DNA from: Clostridia bacterium
GTDB taxonomy: Bacteria; Bacillota; Clostridia; TANB77; CAG-508
NCBI GenBank assembly: GCA_022798895.1
Contig: JAAWNJ010000002.1
Coordinates: forward strand, 1-59,604
Length of the DNA stretch: 59,604 nt
Direction of reading: 5' to 3'
Shown: positions 19,060 to 28,899 of the stretch, piece by piece
Layout: the number at the start of each line of letters is the position of its first letter
Numbering within the stretch: position 1 is the first letter of the stretch
Notes under the pieces: model-generated
Seen by the model: the letters and a program-made list of their open reading frames with translations, nothing else
The model's database searches: none
What the model was told of the DNA's origin: nothing
Made by a program: the position numbers and the translations under genes

Positions 19060-21048
19060 ATGAAATTAACGTATCTAAAAACAATTGGATTTAGAAAATT
19101 CAAAAATGAATTTGAAACTGAACTTTATGACATTACTAGTATCACTGGAAAAAACAAATCTGGAAAAAGTAATATTTTATATGCCATTGTAAACATTTTA
19201 CTGGGTGCAAATTTATCAGGAGATGAAAAAACTTGTCTTATCAATAATAAATGTGATGCTTCATATGGAGAATTACATTTTACTGATAATAGAGGAATTG
19301 AGCATATTCTAATTCGTGGTAAGGATAAATACACTAGCACCAAGAACTTCATTTCTCTTGATGGTAAACCAGTATCTCAAACAGATTTGATTAGCTTTTA
19401 TAAGGATAAGAAGTTATTTTTGTCTATTATCAATCCCCTATATTTTCTTAATAAGAAGCCTTCTGAACAAAAAGAGTTGGTCGATAAATACTTATCTGAT
19501 ATTAAACCTAAAATAATCTTTGACACACTAACGAACCAACAGCAAAACAGCTTAATTGAGAAATATTTTCGTATTTCTACCAAAGAAATCTATCCTAAAC
19601 TAACTATTGAAGATTTACAAAATATTTATGATGAGCATAACTTAAAATCAATTACAGGAAAGGATTTTACAGATATAGTAGATAAAGATAAATGGCATAC
19701 AATATGCGACAACATAAAAGAGTTGAGTGGCAGAAAGTATTATGAAATGCTTTCAGTCGAGGAAAGAGAAGATTATATCAACCAAAATATGTTAAATATA
19801 TGTATGTATATTGCGTTTGATAATTTAAGTCAAGAAGAACAAAATATTTTGGAAGTGATACCTTCTAATGTCCCATCATATATAGCGGAATTGAATACTA
19901 ATGTCAAAGAAACAGAAAACATTATCTCTTTATTAAAGGGGAAAATTGACTATGCACAAGATATTGTCAATTTTGAACTGCCTACATACCAAAAATTCGA
20001 CAAAGAAGAAGAACTTTCTCTTGCAGAGCAAGAGTTATTAGTCTTAAACTCGAATAAAAAAATTATTGATAAGGAAAGACAAAAAAAAGTAGTAGAAGAA
20101 CTTGAAAAAGATATTTTAAATAAGGAGACTGAACTTAAAGAGCTAGAAAGTGAAATGAAAAATGGTAAACAAAAATATTTATCAATAAAAAATGGCATAA
20201 CTTGTACTTGTCCTACTTGTAATCAATATATACAGGATGAAAGTAAGGAAACTACAGTATCAAATATGTATAAAGACTTAATGGCTAAATACGATAAAAA
20301 GAACTTATTAGAAACACAAATAAAAGATCAAAAGTTTAATCTAGCTATGGAAAAATGTAAATATCATTCACTAAAAGGTGAATCTACTATTGAAAAATCA
20401 AAGAGAATTATAGTTATAGAAGAAAATATCAAGCAATTAAAACATGAACAGCAAGAAATTGACAGATTTAACAGTGAAATTACTGCAAAGGAAAAAAGTA
20501 TAGAAAGTGCAAAATTAGATATAGAAAAGTTTAACAGCGAAATAAAAGCAAAAACTAAATTCATTGACAGTTTAAATCAAGCTAAAAGAATTGCTCAGAA
20601 GCTTTATATTTCATATATTGAAGAAAAGATGAAGCTAGCACAACAATATTTGAAAGACGTTGATATAAAATTCTACTCTGTTTTAAAAACTACTGGAGAA
20701 ATCAAAGAGGATTTTATTATTACATATAAAAATAAGGCTCTAAGTGACTTATCAAGATCTGAAACTATTGCTACTGCACTAGAATTTGCTAATATGTTTA
20801 ACAAAATAAGTAAGGTCAACTTTCCTCTTTTCATAGATGATTATGAAAGTTGTGTAGATTATAATTTTATTAATCAATATAAAAATAATGATCAATTATT
20901 TTTATCTATGGTACAAAAAGGTTCTCCATTAAAAATTGCTAACTATAATGATAATAAAAAGTGTACTATCATAAAAACAACAATTACAGGATACAGGACA
21001 ATAAAATTATACAATAAGAGTAATAATATACTTCAGCAAGCAGCATAA
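19060..21048 (+). CDS. SMC/Rad50-like AAA ATPase with coiled coil and CxxC zinc hook
   Basis: GGAGGA RBS. Walker A ITGKNKSGKSN, long coiled coil with a central CTCPTCNQ, C-terminal signature/Walker B region (...FPLFIDDYES). Confidence 0.65.
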   Translation: MKLTYLKTIGFRKFKNEFETELYDITSITGKNKSGKSNILYAIVNILLGANLSGDEKTCLINNKCDASYGELHFTDNRGIEHILIRGKDKYTSTKNFISLDGKPVSQTDLISFYKDKKLFLSIINPLYFLNKKPSEQKELVDKYLSDIKPKIIFDTLTNQQQNSLIEKYFRISTKEIYPKLTIEDLQNIYDEHNLKSITGKDFTDIVDKDKWHTICDNIKELSGRKYYEMLSVEEREDYINQNMLNICMYIAFDNLSQEEQNILEVIPSNVPSYIAELNTNVKETENIISLLKGKIDYAQDIVNFELPTYQKFDKEEELSLAEQELLVLNSNKKIIDKERQKKVVEELEKDILNKETELKELESEMKNGKQKYLSIKNGITCTCPTCNQYIQDESKETTVSNMYKDLMAKYDKKNLLETQIKDQKFNLAMEKCKYHSLKGESTIEKSKRIIVIEENIKQLKHEQQEIDRFNSEITAKEKSIESAKLDIEKFNSEIKAKTKFIDSLNQAKRIAQKLYISYIEEKMKLAQQYLKDVDIKFYSVLKTTGEIKEDFIITYKNKALSDLSRSETIATALEFANMFNKISKVNFPLFIDDYESCVDYNFINQYKNNDQLFLSMVQKGSPLKIANYNDNKKCTIIKTTITGYRTIKLYNKSNNILQQAA

Positions 21049-21111
21049 AATTAATAATTTTGAAAAAGGCAGAGAAATCTGTCTTTTTTCTTATGCTAGA
21101 AAGGAAATAAA

Positions 21112-21921
21112 ATGATAATATCAAATGATTTCACAAAAGCATATAACACTTTATGTATTAATTATGGAGAATATAATGTATTTTATGATTTTGTAAAAAT
21201 GTGTGCCATAACAATTTATAATTCATTTGCCAAAAATCAGGAATTAGAACAAGAATATCTACACATTATCAATTCTTACAGTAAAGAAGAACAAAAGCTA
21301 TTTCCTAAGATGTTTTGCGAATTGATTATGGAATTTGAAAGACAATATAAATTGAATGGGCCAACAGACATATTAGGTCCTATTTATGAAATGGAAAATT
21401 TAAAAAATGCACAACTCGGACAGTTCTTTACCCCATCTCATATTTCTAACTGTATATCAAAAATAACAATAAATGAAATTGAAAATATTGAACAGCAGAT
21501 TGAAAAGAATGGCTTTATAACATTATGCGAACCAACTTGTGGTGCTGGTGGTCTGGTTCTCTCATTTGCTAGCACATTACAACAAAATAACATCAATTAT
21601 CAAAATTCATTATTAGTAGAAGCTACTGATATATCTGATTTTTGTGCCTATATGACATATATCCAATTTTCTTTATATGGGATACCTGCAACAGTCTATT
21701 GTGGTGACTGTTTAACAAAAAAAATGAGATTTAAAATGGAAACTCCATTATTTTTTCTAAATTATTGGAAATTCAGGAGATTTTATACAAAGGATAAGCA
21801 TGATACATCAGAAAATGGAAAAAAATCAACAGAAATAAAAAACGTTATAGAAAGTGAAAACCAAAACCTAAATTTAAAGGAAGTTATAATAAAGGGTAAT
21901 TGTCAAATTACCTTATGGTGA
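21112..21921 (+). CDS. SAM-methyltransferase-like protein (HsdM-type N6-MTase motifs, no obvious catalytic NPPY/F)
   Basis: GQFFTPSHIS and LCEPTCGAGGLV (motif I) are present. I could not find a DPPY/NPPF motif. Confidence 0.45.
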   Translation: MIISNDFTKAYNTLCINYGEYNVFYDFVKMCAITIYNSFAKNQELEQEYLHIINSYSKEEQKLFPKMFCELIMEFERQYKLNGPTDILGPIYEMENLKNAQLGQFFTPSHISNCISKITINEIENIEQQIEKNGFITLCEPTCGAGGLVLSFASTLQQNNINYQNSLLVEATDISDFCAYMTYIQFSLYGIPATVYCGDCLTKKMRFKMETPLFFLNYWKFRRFYTKDKHDTSENGKKSTEIKNVIESENQNLNLKEVIIKGNCQITLW

Positions 21922-21939
21922 TAGTAAGGAGACATAAAA

Positions 21940-22375
21940 ATGGAAGTATTTAAACAAAAACTATTATTAGTTAAAGAACAATCTTTTGATTATGAGCAAA
22001 AGGTTACAAATTCAACAGAAGTTATTAATTTTATTAGAGATATTTTAAAATTGCAAAATGAATTTCAAGAAGTAGTATATGTATTGTTACTTAATAACCA
22101 AAACCGAATTGTTGGTTTTTCAGAAATTGCAAGACGGTGGTGCAAACTGGTGCAATTTTTCACAAAGTGAATTATTCAAGACAGTGTTATTTAGTAATAG
22201 TTCAAAATTTATTCTCGTACATAACCATCCGTCTGGAAATGCAAAGCCAAGTGAAAGTGATTATGAAATGACTAGAAAAGTTTTACAAGTTGCTAGACTT
22301 TTAGCCTTACAATTTCTTGATCATATTGTAATAGGAGATAATCAACATACATCAATAATGAGTGAAATGCAATAA
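21940..22375 (+). CDS. radC: RadC-like JAB/MPN domain protein; needs +1 at CGG 22135-22137
   Basis: Frame 0 reads ...IVGFSEIAR-CGG... Skipping C22135 gives ...SEIARGGANWCNFSQSELFKTVL...ILVHNHPSGNAKPSESD (JAMM motif). Confidence 0.8.
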
Positions 22376-22399
22376 ATTTAAAATGAAAGGAAAATACAC

Positions 22400-22816
22400 A
22401 TGAAAATTAAAGTTTTATTAGTAATACCAGGAAAAGAAGTTCAAATCGTTAAGTTGCCATCTGCAAACAAATTTATCAAATCTTTTATAGGAAAAAATCT
22501 ATATAAAATAAGTTTAGATGATGAAACTGCACTTATTGCAAGTCATAGTGCACAACTAGAAGAATTTAACAGAATTTACAAAGGAGATATTATTTTCGGT
22601 TCGTTTTTAGTAATTGGTACTAAAAATAATCATAATATCTCTCTAAAAAAGAAACAAATTCGCAAATTTACTAATATGTTTAAATTAAACAAACATCAGA
22701 AGAAAATTGAGAAATATAAACAAGAATTTCTCGAAGAATTTTATTTTAATCAGAAATTAAATAAACAAAAAAATGCTGTGGCAAATAAAAATCAAATTTT
22801 TAATGTAGCAGCATAA
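22400..22816 (+). CDS. DUF3846-like protein
   Basis: MKIKVLLVIPGKEVQIVKLP...IIFGSFLVIG pattern, common on conjugative elements. C-terminus ...NVAA. Confidence 0.45.
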   Translation: MKIKVLLVIPGKEVQIVKLPSANKFIKSFIGKNLYKISLDDETALIASHSAQLEEFNRIYKGDIIFGSFLVIGTKNNHNISLKKKQIRKFTNMFKLNKHQKKIEKYKQEFLEEFYFNQKLNKQKNAVANKNQIFNVAA

Positions 22817-22832
22817 GAAAGGATGATTTTAA

Positions 22833-23483
22833 ATGAGTAAATTTTTAGTAATGGTTATTTTAAAACCAGATATAAAAACATCAAGGCTTAATTCTATTCA
22901 AAGTGGAATTATAAATATGTTTGAACAGAATACAAAAGTCAAACAAATATGGTACTTAGGAAAAGAGAAACTAGATTTTAAAGATAAGCAATATACTGAA
23001 GGTATATATATAAAGTTAGATATTGCTAGCAATTCTAAAAAAGTAGAAAAACTTAGAACTGAATTACGTAAAAATAGAGATATTCTATCTTCTATTATTA
23101 TGAATAACGATAGTGAAAAAAAATCTAGATTACCAAATTTAAAAATGCGAAAATTTCCTTTTTATAAGAATATACCAATAAATAATATTTTGGTAGCTAA
23201 TAATGGCAAAAAAATATATATGCTTATAAATAAAAATATAAGGTTACCTTTTTGCGAATCTGACATTATTGCAATTAGTGAAAGTGAAAACAAAATATTA
23301 GAAATTGCAAATAAAAAACTGCAAGAGTATATCTATATTAAAGGATTTCATACTTTAAAACCTTTCAAAATCATAAAAGAAGTTGAAAAAGAACTGAAAG
23401 TCCATAGGAAGGTTCAGTTTGTATTAGATAATAATTCTAATATAGGACAAGAACTAATAATACAAGAGAAAGATTTAATTTAA
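22833..23483 (+). CDS. protein with ribosomal-protein-S6-like N-terminal domain
   Basis: The first ~95 aa (KFLVMVILKPDI...WYLGKEKLDFKDKQYTEGIYIKLDI...VEKLRTELRKNRDILSSIIM) align by eye with bacterial S6 (KYEVMYIIRPNI...DWGKRRLAYEI...G.Y...). Lies immediately upstream of ssb, as rpsF does. Confidence 0.5.
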   Translation: MSKFLVMVILKPDIKTSRLNSIQSGIINMFEQNTKVKQIWYLGKEKLDFKDKQYTEGIYIKLDIASNSKKVEKLRTELRKNRDILSSIIMNNDSEKKSRLPNLKMRKFPFYKNIPINNILVANNGKKIYMLINKNIRLPFCESDIIAISESENKILEIANKKLQEYIYIKGFHTLKPFKIIKEVEKELKVHRKVQFVLDNNSNIGQELIIQEKDLI

Positions 23484-23500
23484 GAAAGGAGAAAAAAATT

Positions 23501-23938
23501 ATGAATAAAATAATTTTATTAGGTAGATTAACAAAAGCACCAGAGATAAGATTTACACAAAGTAATAATAACAAAGTAGCACTATTTACACTTGCGGTAA
23601 ACAGGAAATATGTAAAACAAGGAGAGGAAAGACAAGCTGATTTCTTTAACATTGTGGCTTATTCAAGGTTAGCGGAACTCGCTGAAAAATATTTGCATCA
23701 AGGACTTCAAATTTGCATTAGTGGTAGACTTCAAAATAGAAATTATGAGGACAAAAATGGTGTAACACGATATGTAACAGAAGTAATTGCAGAAGAAGTC
23801 TACTTTGCTGATAGTCAGAAAAAAGCTGATGAAAGTATTTTGTATTCAAATAATTCGGTAAATACTAATGATTCACAAGTAGAAAATACGAAGGTATCTG
23901 AAGAATTTAACTTAGATTCTGATGATCTCCCATTTTAA
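23501..23938 (+). CDS. ssb: single-stranded DNA-binding protein
   Basis: MNKIILLGRLTKAPEIRFT...FFNIVAYSRLAE OB-fold and an acidic tail ending DDLPF. Confidence 0.95.
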   Translation: MNKIILLGRLTKAPEIRFTQSNNNKVALFTLAVNRKYVKQGEERQADFFNIVAYSRLAELAEKYLHQGLQICISGRLQNRNYEDKNGVTRYVTEVIAEEVYFADSQKKADESILYSNNSVNTNDSQVENTKVSEEFNLDSDDLPF

Positions 23939-23994
23939 ATGACAGAGAAATTATATCAAAACAGCCAAATAAAAAGAAAAGGAGAATTGAAAAA

Positions 23995-24144
23995 ATGATA
24001 TTTGTAGTTACGTTAGAAGATATAATAGAATTATGTCTAATCACAGCTTTTGCTGTAGGAAGCATAATTTATATTATATATGAGCTTGCGAAAGTCAAAG
24101 TAGAAAATAGAAAAAAACAAAATAGGAAGGAAGTGAAATCATAA
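23995..24144 (+). CDS. small membrane protein (49 aa)
   Basis: AAAGGAGAA RBS then ATG 23995: MIFVVTLEDIIELCLITAFAVGSIIYIIYELAKVKVENRKKQNRKEVKS. Confidence 0.35.
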   Translation: MIFVVTLEDIIELCLITAFAVGSIIYIIYELAKVKVENRKKQNRKEVKS

Positions 24145-24261
24145 TTATCCTATAATAGGTTATATCAGCTATGAAGAATATGATATGTAAAATATATGAC
24201 TTTGACACATTAAATGTGTAGTAGAGTATGTTGCCATAAATAGATAAATTTATGGCTAATT

Positions 24262-24972
24262 ATGAAATATATAGCAAGTGTGAGCTTTGGAAAAGACAGT
24301 TTAGCAATGTTATTGATACTAATAGAAAAAGGCATGCCCCTTGATGAGGTGATTTTTTATAATACTGGTATGGAATTTCAAGCTATCTATGATGTTTGCA
24401 AAAAAGTAAGAAAAATACTAAAGAAAAACAACATAATTTATACTGAATTAAAACCATCCACCACTTTTTTATATAAAATGTTGAAAAAAAACGTACAAAA
24501 AAGAGATGGTGCAACACAATGCGGTTACGGAATTTGCGGTGGCAAGTGCCGTTGGGGAACAAATGATAAGAATATTGCAATAAGCAAATATTTGAAACAG
24601 AAATATGGAAATGAATATTACGAATATATCGGAATTGCAGCAGATGAGCAGAAAAGAATTGACCAGAGACGACCTCCAACTAAACTACTACCTTTAGTAG
24701 AATGGAATATGACTGAGAAAGACTGCTTAGAATACTGTTATAAACATCAATTCTATTGGGAAGAAAATGGTATCAGATTGTACGAAGTATTAGATAGAGT
24801 GAGCTGTTGGTGCTGCTCTAACAAAAATAAGAAAGAACTAGACAATATGTTTTATTACTTACCTAATTACTATTTGAAAATTATAGGATTGCTAAAAGAA
24901 ATAAAAAGGAATAATAAGAGAGATAGCATCGTAGTAAAGAAAGTAGAAGAATTTTATTTAAAAATGCTTTAA
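24262..24972 (+). CDS. PAPS-reductase/PP-loop ATPase family protein
   Basis: SFGKDSLAML PP-loop (SGGKDS-like) and a C-terminal Cys cluster CWCCS. A family common in phage and ICE DNA-metabolism modules. Confidence 0.6.
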   Translation: MKYIASVSFGKDSLAMLLILIEKGMPLDEVIFYNTGMEFQAIYDVCKKVRKILKKNNIIYTELKPSTTFLYKMLKKNVQKRDGATQCGYGICGGKCRWGTNDKNIAISKYLKQKYGNEYYEYIGIAADEQKRIDQRRPPTKLLPLVEWNMTEKDCLEYCYKHQFYWEENGIRLYEVLDRVSCWCCSNKNKKELDNMFYYLPNYYLKIIGLLKEIKRNNKRDSIVVKKVEEFYLKML

Positions 24973-25021
24973 CTATGTGAAAGCTATTTTTGAACTAAAA
25001 AATATATAGGAGGAATAAAAA

Positions 25022-25297
25022 ATGCAAACAAACATTATAAGTGTAAAATATGAAGATAATTTTGAGAAAAAAACATTTAGTGGTAAGGCATATAGTTATT
25101 ACACTGCTATACCTGTTAAGGTTGGCGATTTAGTAATTGCTCCTACCGCTTTTGTTGAAAAAATTGCAAGAGTATCAACTATTGATATTCCTGAAGAACA
25201 AGTAGAAAGTATCAAACCATATTTAAAAACTGTTGAGCGAGAAATTGATAAGGAAAAATACTTACAGACCGGTGAAATAGTAGAAAAGGCGGCTTAA
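25022..25297 (+). CDS. hypothetical protein
   Basis: 91-aa ORF with a GGAGGA RBS. C-terminus ...VEKAA. Confidence 0.45.
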   Translation: MQTNIISVKYEDNFEKKTFSGKAYSYYTAIPVKVGDLVIAPTAFVEKIARVSTIDIPEEQVESIKPYLKTVEREIDKEKYLQTGEIVEKAA

Positions 25298-25298
25298 T

Positions 25299-25704
25299 AT
25301 GAGTGGAACTGATGTTGTAAGTATTTTAATTCCTCAGTTATTAAACTTAGGTTTTATTGTACATCGCTATAATTCATATTCTACCAGTTCAATTTATTTA
25401 AAATTGGATTACCGGTGTGGCCTGTGGCATTCGTATTGCAGACCATCCAGGCAAGAAAAAATATAATTATAGATTCAATATCATAAAGGATTATATTGGA
25501 AATAAGGTCATCATCAAAGATGGCCTTGTTTGTCGCTTTTATGGCTTTAATGAACTAGATGATGTACTTACTGCAATTCAAAAAGAAAAGCAAGACAAAA
25601 TCGGAAAATATGGTTTACAAAATTATCAAAAATATATGGAAAAAGATTCTAAAAATGAATTATATAAGAGATTTAAAGAAGTGAGAGGAGAAACAAATAA
25701 ATGA
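25299..25704 (+). CDS. hypothetical conserved ICE protein; needs +1 at CGG 25413-25415
   Basis: ATG 25299 gives MSGTDVVSILIPQLLNLGFIVHRYNSYSTSSIYLKLDY-CGG. Skipping C25413 continues GVACGIRIADHPGKKKYNYRFNI..., which is ORF 25417..25704. Confidence 0.6.
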
Positions 25705-26120
25705 ACGGTTTTGAACGATTAAAAAACATGTTAGATGAATGGAAAAAGGATCATGGCGAAGACGAAGCATTTAACGAAACTGTTAATTATCTATTAAATA
25801 GACCTGATTTAGAGACAAAATTTCTTAATGACGAAAAGTCTCTAGATGGCTTACATGATTTTATACATGACAAAGGTCAAAAACATTGTCTTAATGGTTG
25901 GTGCTATATTACAAATGAAGTAATTTTTGCCTGGGCTGTAATGTACTTCTCATTGCCAAATGCTCTATTAAAAATTACCTCTCCAAAGAAAAAAGAGGAT
26001 AATAAGGTAGAAAAAACAAACAAACAAACTACTAATGTCATTTCTATTGAACAAGCAAAGAAAAAAATTGAAGAAAAGAAAAATGACCAAATTTCTTTGT
26101 TTGGAGGTGCAACAGTATGA
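25701..26120 (+). CDS. PcfK-like protein (family that includes AcrIIA9-type anti-CRISPRs)
   Basis: 139 aa. Its size, N-terminal helical region and position directly before a PcfJ-like gene match the pcfK-pcfJ pair of Firmicute conjugative elements. Confidence 0.4.
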   Translation: MNGFERLKNMLDEWKKDHGEDEAFNETVNYLLNRPDLETKFLNDEKSLDGLHDFIHDKGQKHCLNGWCYITNEVIFAWAVMYFSLPNALLKITSPKKKEDNKVEKTNKQTTNVISIEQAKKKIEEKKNDQISLFGGATV

Positions 26121-27688
26121 AACAGGAAAAAATTGATGAACTAATGCTTAAAATAGATAAAAAGTGCAAACTTCCAAAATATTGGGAACAATTTATTAAA
26201 GAAAATTTTAAAAGTCATCATCTTATCATAAAAGATAAGGAAAAGAAAAAACTTTATTGCTCTAATTGCAATAGATATTTTGCTGATAAAACAGTAAAAG
26301 TTCGTGATTATGTGGAATGTCCTCATTGTCATAAGATGTCATGTGTGTATGGAATAAATTATTATAGAAAATCCTTTGAACAATCTGTCGTATTAGTTCA
26401 AAGAGTAGACAAACAAATTGTTATAAGAATATTTGAAATATATTCTTATTTTAAAGAAGGAAAAAAGAGAATAAAAAGAAGTTGTATAGAGTACGCAAGG
26501 ATCCTTCCTGGTATTGGTAGATTTATTGGTAATAATGTTTGGATCAATATGTTTGGAGTTTTAAATGTATATCATGGCTATAAAAAACTTAGTTGGACTG
26601 CATATAAAGGACATAAATTTTTGACAGACCATCCTACATATCCATACGACAAAAAAAGACTTGTAAAAGGTACAATTATGGAATATGCACCTATTAGCGA
26701 ATTTATGGATAGATTTTCATACTATCGTTACAACTATTTGGATGTATTAGAACTTGCTGCCTATGGAAGTTTTGAATTGCTATGGAATATGAAATTATAT
26801 AACTTGTGTTTTTATTCTAAAGCATTAAATAAAAAAGGTAGCTTTTTAAAAAGATTTGGCGTACCTAAGAGTTTTTTAAAATTTATGCAAGATAATGATA
26901 TTTCTTATAAGGAACTAATGTTATTGCAGTTATTTCAAAAAGATGATAAAAAACTATTTCAAAAATACCGCTATACTAATATCAATTATTTGAGATTCTT
27001 TATTAAAAATAATGTACTAGACGATTTCTTAAACTCTGGTATAGAGCTTAATTATACCAATATGCACCTTATAAAAGATATTAGTAAATATGTATCTTTA
27101 AAGAAATTGATGCAATATAAAAAGGGCTTGCAAAACCTAAATATCTATAAGGACTATTTAGAGATGGCGAAAAAGCTTAGTTATAATTACAAGTCAAAAA
27201 AAGATTTATTTCCACGCAATTTAATTGCTAGACACGATAAAATGCAAACTAAAATAAAAATCGAAGAAGATATGAATACACAATTTAAAGCATATCTAAG
27301 ATATTTAGAACTATCGAAATACACTTATTCAGATGATAAGTACATTATTTTCCCTGCTCCTAGTATTGATAGTATGAAAGATGAAGGAAAACAACAAGGT
27401 AATTGTGTCGGTTATATGTATCTTGAGCCTTATATCAACGGAGAAACAGAAATATTTTTTGCCAGAAAATTGAAAGATGTTACAAAGTCATTTATAACAC
27501 TTGAATACAAAAATAACCGTGTTGTTCAGAAAGAATTGCCACATTATGATAGAAATTTTACAGCTGAGCAAAATGCTTTTATAGACAACTGGATAAACTT
27601 TAGGCAATTTATAGATAAAAAAGAAATATATAAAATTAGAGATAACTTAAAAGTTGTGCAATATGATTTGAAGAAAATAGTCGCATAG
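26117..27688 (+). CDS. PcfJ-like protein
   Basis: 523 aa. N-terminal zinc ribbon (CSNC...CPHC) and a conserved C-terminal region (...EGKQQGNCVGYMY...). Translationally coupled to the PcfK-like gene. Confidence 0.45.
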   Translation: MKQEKIDELMLKIDKKCKLPKYWEQFIKENFKSHHLIIKDKEKKKLYCSNCNRYFADKTVKVRDYVECPHCHKMSCVYGINYYRKSFEQSVVLVQRVDKQIVIRIFEIYSYFKEGKKRIKRSCIEYARILPGIGRFIGNNVWINMFGVLNVYHGYKKLSWTAYKGHKFLTDHPTYPYDKKRLVKGTIMEYAPISEFMDRFSYYRYNYLDVLELAAYGSFELLWNMKLYNLCFYSKALNKKGSFLKRFGVPKSFLKFMQDNDISYKELMLLQLFQKDDKKLFQKYRYTNINYLRFFIKNNVLDDFLNSGIELNYTNMHLIKDISKYVSLKKLMQYKKGLQNLNIYKDYLEMAKKLSYNYKSKKDLFPRNLIARHDKMQTKIKIEEDMNTQFKAYLRYLELSKYTYSDDKYIIFPAPSIDSMKDEGKQQGNCVGYMYLEPYINGETEIFFARKLKDVTKSFITLEYKNNRVVQKELPHYDRNFTAEQNAFIDNWINFRQFIDKKEIYKIRDNLKVVQYDLKKIVA

Positions 27689-27700
27689 GAGGAATAATTG

Positions 27701-28576
27701 ATGAAACAAAAATCTGATACTAACAAGAAAAATAAAACAAAGGAAATGTATGACAAACTCGTTAAAGGGGTTACTCATATCATTAGCTCTGGAAAATACA
27801 CAGAATTTTTAGCATTTTCTAAATCTTTTCACCATTATAGTTTTAATAATCTTGTACTTATTTATTCTCAAATGCCAAATGCTACTAGGGTGGCAGGATT
27901 TAAAACTTGGGAAAAACTAGGTAGAAAACTAAAAAAAGGTGAAAAAGGGATACAAATTTTTTTCCCTTTGAAAAGAACTTATATTAAAAATAAAATCGCT
28001 GGTCAGGCTAGCTTAATTGATGATACAAAAGTTGAAGATACTCAGGAAATTATTGAATATCTTACATATAGACCCACTTATGTCTTTGATATTTCACAAA
28101 CCGTAGGAAAGCCTATTCCTGAAGCTTCATTATGTGAAAAACTCAACAGTAATAATATGAATGAATTTTTTGACTTTTTATTATCTTTCTCACCATATCC
28201 TATTTTAGAGCAAAGTCTACGTGGCTCTTTATATGGATATTGGAATCCAAAAGAAAAACATATTGCACTTAATCAAAAATTATCTATTGACGATAAAGTT
28301 TCTACTCTACTACATGAATTGACACACGCCTTATATGATGATTTCGATTATCAAAATGATAAAAAATTGTCAGAAACCTTTGTTGAATCTGTCGCTTTTA
28401 TAGTGGCTGATTTTTTTGGTTTAGATACTTCGAGATGTAGTTTTGGCTATATTGCTGCATATGCAAGTGATGTTAAAGTTATTTTAGAGTTAGGCGATAA
28501 AATTCAAAAAACTGCAAATCAATTTATTAAACAAATTAAAGAATATCAAGAACAAGGTTTAAAAATTATTGCTTAA
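27701..28576 (+). CDS. ArdC-like ssDNA-binding / zincin metallopeptidase protein
   Basis: N-terminal ...YSFNNLVLIYSQMPNATRVAGFKTWEKLGRKLKKGEKGI (ArdC/DUF1738) and C-terminal HELTH (HExxH). Confidence 0.65.
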   Translation: MKQKSDTNKKNKTKEMYDKLVKGVTHIISSGKYTEFLAFSKSFHHYSFNNLVLIYSQMPNATRVAGFKTWEKLGRKLKKGEKGIQIFFPLKRTYIKNKIAGQASLIDDTKVEDTQEIIEYLTYRPTYVFDISQTVGKPIPEASLCEKLNSNNMNEFFDFLLSFSPYPILEQSLRGSLYGYWNPKEKHIALNQKLSIDDKVSTLLHELTHALYDDFDYQNDKKLSETFVESVAFIVADFFGLDTSRCSFGYIAAYASDVKVILELGDKIQKTANQFIKQIKEYQEQGLKIIA

Positions 28577-28647
28577 AATGAATTTAAAAAACAGATACAA
28601 CATATTAGAACTATATTTGAAATTTAGAAAATAGGAGGTAAATAAAA

Positions 28648-28863
28648 ATGAGAAGAAAAAATAGAAAGGTCTCTGAATTAGAAAATATATTACGTAAGTA
28701 CTTTAACTTTCAAGTCAGTACTCCTGAAAATTATATCATTCAAAGAGATAAGGCATATGACACAATGATAAATTTTATCTGCGATTTATCTGAAACTGGT
28801 ATTGATGGAATTGACGAAGGAGAGCTCATAGATGAGCTAAATAAAATTATCGGAAGAGATTAG
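28648..28863 (+). CDS. hypothetical protein
   Basis: 71-aa ORF with an AGGAGG RBS. Confidence 0.4.
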   Translation: MRRKNRKVSELENILRKYFNFQVSTPENYIIQRDKAYDTMINFICDLSETGIDGIDEGELIDELNKIIGRD

Positions 28864-28899
28864 TTTTTCAAGAATGTAAAATAAGAAAGGAGATTTTTA

